This document shows, piece after piece, positions 57,270 to 64,000 of a stretch of DNA of 64,000 nt. Under the pieces are notes generated by a model that had not been told where the DNA came from, searched no databases, and saw only the letters and a program-made list of their open reading frames with translations. The position numbers and the translations under genes are program-made. Within the stretch, counting starts at the first letter, position 1. Each line of letters begins with the position of its first letter. The stretch covers positions 160,001 to 224,000 of the forward strand of contig OZ241329.1 in assembly GCA_965199825.1 (NCBI GenBank), read 5' to 3'. Source of the stretch: Bdellovibrionales bacterium. Lineage in GTDB: Bacteria; Bdellovibrionota; Bdellovibrionia; Bdellovibrionales; UBA1609.

Positions 57270-60200
57270 TTAATTGCAGAATGGGGCGTTCGAATCTTTA
57301 GCGCAAAGATAAGCTTTTAGCTTTTCATTTTCAGCTTTCAGCGCCGCGATCTCACGCTCTTCACTTTTAAACTTCGCATAGAGCTCTTTAACAGCGTTAA
57401 CAATAGTCCAAATAATAGAATCATTCGTAAGATGCAAAAAGCCTTTATCGTCAGTACTCACCGCTTCGGGAATTACCTTAAGTGCATCTTGGGCTTTTAC
57501 TCCAACAAATTCTTTATCAGATGGAAGCTGCAAAGGATTATTATTTTTGTATTTAAAATAAATTGTGTTTAATCCATTGAGAGCATCAAGCCCTCGAGTG
57601 AATGGAGCACGAATCTCTTTTAGACGCTCGTCAGATGCAATTGTCCATGTGCTGGTGCCAGGTTTTGCTGCTGAGTCGGTACCAAGCTGAAGTAAGTATG
57701 TTGGATTTGTTGTACCAATCCCAACTTTTCCAGAACCGCTTGGTTTTATGATAATGTTTTGACTAGTAGAATTGTTAAAACCCGAAGTGATGAATAAATC
57801 TTGGCCTGTAGGAGACGTGATAGACTGATGTAGAATATTGCTATCATATCCCATTGCTATGTTACCGTTGAAATCTATATTGCCATACTCGTCGAGACGA
57901 AAGTAATTTCCATTTGAGGCTTCAACTTTAAATCCCGGAACTCCACTGTTGTAGGGGTAAACAACATGAAGCTTAGCACTCGGCGCACTTGTACCAATGC
58001 CAACGTTGCCAGTTGTTGCGTCGATTCGCATCTTCTCGATGCCAGCCTGTTGAAATAGCAATGGAACATTCAAAGTGTATGTATTTATAAAAGTGTTTGG
58101 AGAGGTGGTAGAGCCTTGAGAACCAACTCGTAAGGTTGCTCCATAAGAAGAAAATGATGTTTGTGCACTTCCCGCGGTATTTAAATTTTCAATCGTTTCT
58201 TGAATAACACTTCCGCTATTTCCAGAGACGTGGAACAAGCTGTTCGGCGCCGTTGTTCCAATCCCAACATTACCGCCCGAAGAATTGATCGCAAGTGGCG
58301 CAGGGCCCACCGCCCCATAGAATGCCCTGATCTCACCGTATCCTGAATTCGAGTTCGTACCATGTGCAAACATCGCAATATTAGCGTTGCCACCGCCAGT
58401 AACTCCTGACCCGTCCGCCGATGTTGCGATAATCCCATTGGCGTTATCCGCGACGATATTGCCGTTGACCTCTAGTGAATTGAGCGGATTTGTTGTGCCG
58501 ATACCAACGTTGCCTGCGTCGGTAATACGCAAGCGCTCGTTATTGCCACCGCCGACGTTAAAAGCGAGATCACTCACAGCACCGCTAGGATTAAGCAAAA
58601 TGTTGCGAATCGTGGCCGTCGCACCATAAGTGTTGGCAGTTGAAAAAATAAGATCGGCTTCGTTGCCGGCTGCCTGTGTTGCCGAGTTGACCAAAGCTAG
58701 AGCATTTGTGGCGCCTCCGGAATTCGATTTGCCAAATGAAACAAGTGGAGAATACGCAGGTAGCGAAGTCGAACTTGATCCGACTTGGAAAGCAAATGAC
58801 GGTGATGTTGTCCCGATGCCGACGGCGCCATTCGCTAGAACTCGCATCGCCTCAACTCCATTCGTTGATAAACCAACTTGATTTGTAGCGGGTGAAAAGA
58901 TACCTGTATTTGTATTACCTGAAAATGCATATCCCGGAGCTGCAGCGGATCCTGCCGAAGCAGGTAAGCCTCCACTCGCCGATGCCCACGAAGGCATTCC
59001 ACTTGAAACCGTTAAGACTTGTCCGTTCGTGCCCGCAGGAAGTCGTGAAAGCGCAGTCGTCGATGAAGCATAAAGCACATCCCCAACTGCGTAGCTAGTT
59101 TGCCCTGTTCCACCATTCGTAGGCGTCACACTGCCGGTGATTTGTGAGGATGGTAAACTAATATTTGTGCACGACATGACGTCGCCCACAGAATTGTAGG
59201 TCAAAGTTTGATTGCTCAAACATGAATTTGCGAATTGATTTGTGCCGGTCACCGTTGAACGAAGATCAGTGATTGCAATAAAATTCGGCGTCCATGCAGA
59301 GCCACTCCATCTGAGTGCTTGCCCCGCAGTTGTAGGTGATGTCGCACTCACAGGCGATCCTTGAAGTTTTGCAACCGTAAATGCACCGCTGTCACTTATT
59401 GTTGCATCGCCTGAAGGTGTGACTGCTGTTGCTGCTCCGCCGCTGTTGCCGACAAAGATTTTTCCATCAGCAAGAGCGCTGGTGAGTTTATTTGTGAATG
59501 TTGTGTAATCGGTATTACTGAGGAGACCCGCAGTCACCGAGGTTGCTGAAGCTAACGGAATATTTAATGTGTGAATACTTATTCCACTCACGAAAGCGGG
59601 AGCTGTTCCTGTTGTGCCCGTTGCAAAACTTTGTGATGTCGCAGTTAACCCATTTAAGCTTGTTATTCCAGTTCCTGCAGGAGTTGACCATGCGAGTATT
59701 CCACTACCGTTTGTAGTAAGAACTTGGTTTGCGCTACCATCGTTCACAGGTAAAGTCCAAACTGTGCTACCCGCAGCAGCTGCGGGTTGAAATCCTGTGT
59801 AGCCGCTGGTTGATCCCGACATGCGGATCGCACCTTTGACGTCAAGAAGAGCTCCGGGATTTGTTGTTCCGATACCAACTTTCCCGCTAACACTTGGCTT
59901 TAAAATAATATTGTAACCTGTAACAGTGTTTCCAAGTCCAGAGGTGATATATGTGTTTCCTGCGGAGGTAAACGCAGCGCTGTTTACATTACTGTCATAA
60001 GGAGCCAAGGTAAGATTAGATCCTGCTCCGCCATTAACAAAAAGTTGACCAGCGCTATCGACATAAAGATTCGATGTGCCATCACTAGCTTGCCATTCCT
60101 GAAGATTCCCAGTTTGGCTTGCGGCTCCTTGTATCACCAAGCCCTTATTAGCGACCGCACCGGTATTAAGAAAAAGCTGAGCTGTGATGTCCGTCGTTAC

Positions 60201-63200
60201 GTGAGTATTGATTTCAAGCTTTGATACGGGCGCAGTCGTTCCTATCCCAACATTTCCATTTGCAAGAACTCGCATCGCCTCAACACCATTTGTTGATAAA
60301 CCAATTTGATTTGTAGAGGGCGAAAACATTCCAGTATTTAAATTGCCTACAAAAGCGTAACCAGGAGTAGCCGCAGTACCCGCAACTGCAGGCAGTGCGC
60401 TTGCTGAAGGACCCCAACTTGGAAGTCCACTTGCAACTGTCAGTACTTGGCCATTTACTCCTGCAGGCAAACGTGAAAGTGCGGTTGTTGATGAAGCATA
60501 GAGCACATCACCAACGGCATAGGTCGACTGACCTGTTCCACCATTTGCAGGCGTCACACTGCCAGTGATTTGTGAGGATGGAAGACTGATGTTCGTACAC
60601 GACATCACATCGCCTACCGAATTGTAAGTGAGAGTTTGATTACTCAAACATGAATTTGCAAATTGATTAGTGCCTGTGACCGTTGATCGCAGATCTGTCA
60701 TCGCGATAAAACCTGGAGACCAATTTGATCCGCTCCATCTTAAAGCTTGTCCTGCAGTTGCTGGTGCTGTTGCACTTACAGGTGATCCCTGAAGCTTAGT
60801 CACCGTAATTGCACCTGTGTCATTCATTGTTGCATCACCAGAAGGTGTGACTGCTGTTGCAACGCTTGACCCGTTACCAACAAAAATCTTTCCGTCAGCC
60901 AGTGTGCTGGTCAGTTTATTTGTGAAGTTTGTGTAATCCGAATTGCTAAGGAGACCTGCAGTCACTGACGCAGACGAAGCCATTGGAATATTTAAGGTGT
61001 GAGTACTCGTCCCACTAACGAATGCTGGTGCCGTTCCTGTCGTGCCCGTCGCAAATGTTTGTGAAGTTGATGTGAGGCCATTCAAGGAGGATAAGCCAGT
61101 ACCTGCTGGTGTGGACCAAGTAAGTATTCCGCTCCCATTAGTTGTCAAAGTTTGGTTTGCTGTACCATCGTTCGCAGGCAAAGTCCAAATGGTGCTGCCT
61201 GCTGCGGCTGCGGGTTGAAATCCTGTATAGCCGCTTGTTGAACCCGACATGCGGATCGCACCTTTAACGTCGAGCAGTGCACCTGGGGTGGTTGTGCCGA
61301 TGCCGACATTGCCATTTTTCAAAACTGTAAATGCCGTCGAAGGGGAGGTAAACCCGTTACCGACTCTAAAGATTGGATCCGTTGCCACCCAGGAGCTCGA
61401 ATTCTCTCCGCCAGTGGCATTGTAAGAACCAACGACGGTTTCGTAAGCAGAGATCGCCTTAACATTCGAGCCGAATGCATTTGTGGTGTTGCCAATCGAC
61501 AAAGCGTTGTAACCGATAGCAACTGCGGACTGCGAAGTTGAAGTCGCTCCTTGACCGATCGCGACTGAATAATTATTGGCAGCTACGGCACTCGGACCTA
61601 AAGCAATTGCGGCTGCGCCCGATGCCTGGGCGTTGACTGACTGGATCGAGCCGGAGTTCAGAACAACGAAATTAGAAGCGTTACCCGAATTGATATCAAA
61701 CGCCGCCACCTGTGCATTGGCGGTATTGTGCGAAGTAGCCGTTGTGCCAAAAGCTCCGCGAGTCAAACCGGTGAAAGTTGTTCCCGTTAAACCTGTATAG
61801 GTGATGGCTTCACGTTCCAGCCAAAGTGTTCCAGATGGTGGATATCCCGACGTTGAGACAACGGACAATGTCGTTGCTGAGTTATCGATCGTTGCGTACT
61901 GATTAGTTGATAAGGTTGTCGGCGTATTGAAACGGCCCGTCCCTGCAACTTCTAAACGCTGTAATGGATTGGTCGTTCCGATACCAACGTTGCCGCCAGG
62001 AGCAATTCGCATATACTCAGAGGTTAAATTAGCGTTCACTGAAGGTGCAGCCGCAAATGCCAAAAAGTTATAGTTGTCACTTAAGGTCGTGCCAAGAGCA
62101 TCGTTTTGCTGAATCTTAAATGTGGCTGATCCAACTGTATTATTTCGAAAATAAAATCCGTTCGATCCTCGAACATCAAGAGTTCCAGCTGGGGCTGTCG
62201 TTCCAATTCCAACATTGCCAGAAGCATCAACACGAATGCGCTCCACACCGCCCGTACTCGCCGCAAGCGTCGAAGCCAAAGGCCGAAACCAACCTGTACC
62301 AGTATCTCCCGCAAAAGAATAAGTTGGAGCTGCAGCAGTTCCTGCAGCTGAAGTCATATTCGCGCCGCCGGTTGTGGGTGAAACAATACCGCTCGAAGAT
62401 AAATTAAATATGTTTGTACCACCGGCTGCCACACCGATCGCATCATTTGAGCCTGAATTAAAAAATCCAGTATTGGTATCACCAGAAAACGTAAGCGAAG
62501 GTGCACTCGAGGATCCTGCACCAGCACCGACCGTGCTATAACTTGTTGCTCCACCACTCAAAGGAATCGGAGTTCGTGTTGCGCCAACTGTGAGGAAGTA
62601 ATTTGTTCCATCGTACTCAATTGCGCCGTCTTCGGCTGATGTCATCAGTGGGCCAGAGGTGAGTTTTAATGGAGCCGTTCCTGCTGTTGTACTGCCTGCT
62701 TTAATTTGCAAAGCTGCGCTAGGTGAATTCAAACCGACGCCTACATTTCCTTTAACGTAGAGATCTCCCGTACTTCCAAGCCCCATCAAAAAGGTGCCAC
62801 CATTATAAAAACGATAACCCGATAAAACGTGATCGTTTCCAAAATAAAAATTTCCACCATTAGTATTTATAAAAGTGTCGTTACCATTACTTGCAAACTC
62901 GGTCCCTGTTACGCCTGCACTCTGCAAAAGAATTTGTGATCCGCTGCTAGGAGCAGCGTTTGTGTTATTAACGAGTAATGCAATTGGCGACGTGCTTGCG
63001 CCGTTGACGTCAATTTCGAGTGAAGCTTGCGGCGCCGTTGTGCCAATCCCAACATTGCCCGAAGGCAACACAGTCATCGCAACATTATTATTTGCCTTTA
63101 ACAACAACGGAAAATTATCCGCAGTACCGAGGGAAGCTGCAGCACCGAAACTATTTCCACCATTTTTAAAATAAGTAGAATCAAAAACACCTGCTGGTAA

Positions 63201-64000
63201 ATCACTCGCAGCCAAAGCACGAAATGTCGGAGCACCCGTGCCACCAGTTGACGGTCCTGCAAGTACAGCATTCTGCGCTTGGTTTCCAAAGTTCGAAGCA
63301 CTTACAGAAATTGTGGCGCAAGAAAATGTATCGCTAACTGCAGAATACGTCAGCGTTTGCGAGGACGTGCAGTTCGTAGGAAACATTTGTGCATTGCCAA
63401 CAAGGCTTGAGCGCAAATCGGCGATACCTAAAAATACTGGTGCATATTGTGAAGACCCATTGTAACGCATCACTTGGCCCGCAGTTGTAGGTGCACTTGC
63501 AGATATTGGAACACCTTGAAGACCTGCAACTTTTGGAGCCGGATAAGTTGCTGACAAATCCCCCGAAGCCGCACCACTCAAAGCCAAAACTCCAGTCCCC
63601 GAATTATAATTTAAAGGTGCAGTTGCCGAAATCGCCGCTCTCGCATTGGTATCACCATAAGGTGTGGTCCACGATAAAACGCCCGCAGTGGTGCTTATCA
63701 AAACTTGGCCATTTGAAACAGGAGCTGCGGTTGGCCATGTTAAAGTGTACGACGCCGACACGGTGGAAGGCGCTTGAAGGGTCACCGAATTTGCGGCGCC
63801 GTCGCGAGCAACAATCGAACTTGTTGAAACACTGCCTGCTGAAAATCCACCAGATGAATCTCGGCGAACAATCATGTTATGTGTATTGGAAGAAGTAGCC
63901 GAATTGGCCAACAGCTCAGCCGCATGAACATTTGATGCCGATGATCCACCCACTGTCGAAACCGTAGTTGCACCCAAAGTTCCGGTGACATCACCAGAAA
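57270..64000 (-). CDS. Fibre A: mosaic tail-fibre-like adhesin with YadA-like head repeats and C-terminal S74 chaperone/autoprotease (5' end outside window)
   Basis: Frame open to window edge (SGDVTGTL); AIALG/SVAIG repeats; ASDERLK...GVKAQD...NAVKEL, coiled coil, ends LCAKDSNAPFCN. Confidence 0.9.
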   Translation of the reverse strand, partial: SGDVTGTLGATTVSTVGGSSASNVHAAELLANSATSSNTHNMIVRRDSSGGFSAGSVSTSSIVARDGAANSVTLQAPSTVSASYTLTWPTAAPVSNGQVLISTTAGVLSWTTPYGDTNARAAISATAPLNYNSGTGVLALSGAASGDLSATYPAPKVAGLQGVPISASAPTTAGQVMRYNGSSQYAPVFLGIADLRSSLVGNAQMFPTNCTSSQTLTYSAVSDTFSCATISVSASNFGNQAQNAVLAGPSTGGTGAPTFRALAASDLPAGVFDSTYFKNGGNSFGAAASLGTADNFPLLLKANNNVAMTVLPSGNVGIGTTAPQASLEIDVNGASTSPIALLVNNTNAAPSSGSQILLQSAGVTGTEFASNGNDTFINTNGGNFYFGNDHVLSGYRFYNGGTFLMGLGSTGDLYVKGNVGVGLNSPSAALQIKAGSTTAGTAPLKLTSGPLMTSAEDGAIEYDGTNYFLTVGATRTPIPLSGGATSYSTVGAGAGSSSAPSLTFSGDTNTGFFNSGSNDAIGVAAGGTNIFNLSSSGIVSPTTGGANMTSAAGTAAAPTYSFAGDTGTGWFRPLASTLAASTGGVERIRVDASGNVGIGTTAPAGTLDVRGSNGFYFRNNTVGSATFKIQQNDALGTTLSDNYNFLAFAAAPSVNANLTSEYMRIAPGGNVGIGTTNPLQRLEVAGTGRFNTPTTLSTNQYATIDNSATTLSVVSTSGYPPSGTLWLEREAITYTGLTGTTFTGLTRGAFGTTATSHNTANAQVAAFDINSGNASNFVVLNSGSIQSVNAQASGAAAIALGPSAVAANNYSVAIGQGATSTSQSAVAIGYNALSIGNTTNAFGSNVKAISAYETVVGSYNATGGENSSSWVATDPIFRVGNGFTSPSTAFTVLKNGNVGIGTTTPGALLDVKGAIRMSGSTSGYTGFQPAAAAGSTIWTLPANDGTANQTLTTNGSGILTWSTPAGTGLSSLNGLTSTSQTFATGTTGTAPAFVSGTSTHTLNIPMASSASVTAGLLSNSDYTNFTNKLTSTLADGKIFVGNGSSVATAVTPSGDATMNDTGAITVTKLQGSPVSATAPATAGQALRWSGSNWSPGFIAMTDLRSTVTGTNQFANSCLSNQTLTYNSVGDVMSCTNISLPSSQITGSVTPANGGTGQSTYAVGDVLYASSTTALSRLPAGVNGQVLTVASGLPSWGPSASALPAVAGTAATPGYAFVGNLNTGMFSPSTNQIGLSTNGVEAMRVLANGNVGIGTTAPVSKLEINTHVTTDITAQLFLNTGAVANKGLVIQGAASQTGNLQEWQASDGTSNLYVDSAGQLFVNGGAGSNLTLAPYDSNVNSAAFTSAGNTYITSGLGNTVTGYNIILKPSVSGKVGIGTTNPGALLDVKGAIRMSGSTSGYTGFQPAAAAGSTVWTLPVNDGSANQVLTTNGSGILAWSTPAGTGITSLNGLTATSQSFATGTTGTAPAFVSGISIHTLNIPLASATSVTAGLLSNTDYTTFTNKLTSALADGKIFVGNSGGAATAVTPSGDATISDSGAFTVAKLQGSPVSATSPTTAGQALRWSGSAWTPNFIAITDLRSTVTGTNQFANSCLSNQTLTYNSVGDVMSCTNISLPSSQITGSVTPTNGGTGQTSYAVGDVLYASSTTALSRLPAGTNGQVLTVSSGMPSWASASGGLPASAGSAAAPGYAFSGNTNTGIFSPATNQVGLSTNGVEAMRVLANGAVGIGTTSPSFAFQVGSSSTSLPAYSPLVSFGKSNSGGATNALALVNSATQAAGNEADLIFSTANTYGATATIRNILLNPSGAVSDLAFNVGGGNNERLRITDAGNVGIGTTNPLNSLEVNGNIVADNANGIIATSADGSGVTGGGNANIAMFAHGTNSNSGYGEIRAFYGAVGPAPLAINSSGGNVGIGTTAPNSLFHVSGNSGSVIQETIENLNTAGSAQTSFSSYGATLRVGSQGSTTSPNTFINTYTLNVPLLFQQAGIEKMRIDATTGNVGIGTSAPSAKLHVVYPYNSGVPGFKVEASNGNYFRLDEYGNIDFNGNIAMGYDSNILHQSITSPTGQDLFITSGFNNSTSQNIIIKPSGSGKVGIGTTNPTYLLQLGTDSAAKPGTSTWTIASDERLKEIRAPFTRGLDALNGLNTIYFKYKNNNPLQLPSDKEFVGVKAQDALKVIPEAVSTDDKGFLHLTNDSIIWTIVNAVKELYAKFKSEEREIAALKAENEKLKAYLCAKDSNAPFCN
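58810..59860 (-). repeat. ~1.05-kb shaft block, copy 5 (fibre A)
   Basis: Same translated block; boundaries approximate. Confidence 0.85.
60235..61285 (-). repeat. ~1.05-kb shaft block, copy 6 (fibre A)
   Basis: Same translated block; boundaries approximate. Confidence 0.85.

Noticed and set aside
41222..63898. Many short plus-strand and alternative-frame ORFs within the fibre genes
   Set aside because: Shadow ORFs of Gly/Ser/Thr/Ala-rich repetitive coding sequence; they recur with the repeats
41074..64000. Shufflon or site-specific recombination at GNVGIGTT repeats
   Set aside because: The motif is conserved as protein with varying third codon positions; all units are co-oriented; no recombinase in the window
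38633..64000. Prophage tail module or diversity-generating retroelement
   Set aside because: No capsid, terminase, baseplate or reverse transcriptase genes; the complete fibres have signal peptides; repeat differences are not adenine-specific as far as I can see

Overview
This window is most likely from a Bdellovibrionota (Bdellovibrio-like predator) chromosome; that is inferred from gene content, not proven. Bases 1-8180 are housekeeping: mazG, murJ, rpsT, a PilZ protein, holA, lptE, a class V aminotransferase, a serA-like gene, purA, tRNA-Lys and tRNA-Glu. From 8.2 to 38.6 kb is an accessory region of exported proteins and lipoproteins, several behind sigma54-like promoters. It also holds sensory genes (BLUF, two PAS hybrid kinases, a CheB/CheR fusion, a TMEM175 channel), two interrupted genes, three copies of a ~75-bp palindromic element, and four paralogues of an unrecognised exported family that share a C-terminal CxxLL motif with an unrelated neighbour. 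From 38.6 to 64 kb is a tandem array of three giant mosaic phage-tail-fibre-like genes (MAT-like) built from a shared ~1.05-kb block plus swappable GNVGIGTT-bounded modules. One fibre ends in an S74 chaperone and has no partner gene. The other two end in a shared non-S74 cap domain, and each is closely coupled to a different exported partner (NHL propeller or LamG/beta-helix). This suggests a two-gene fibre plus exchangeable tip system, apparently expressed from leaderless sigma28-like promoters. All assignments were made by eye; no searches were run.
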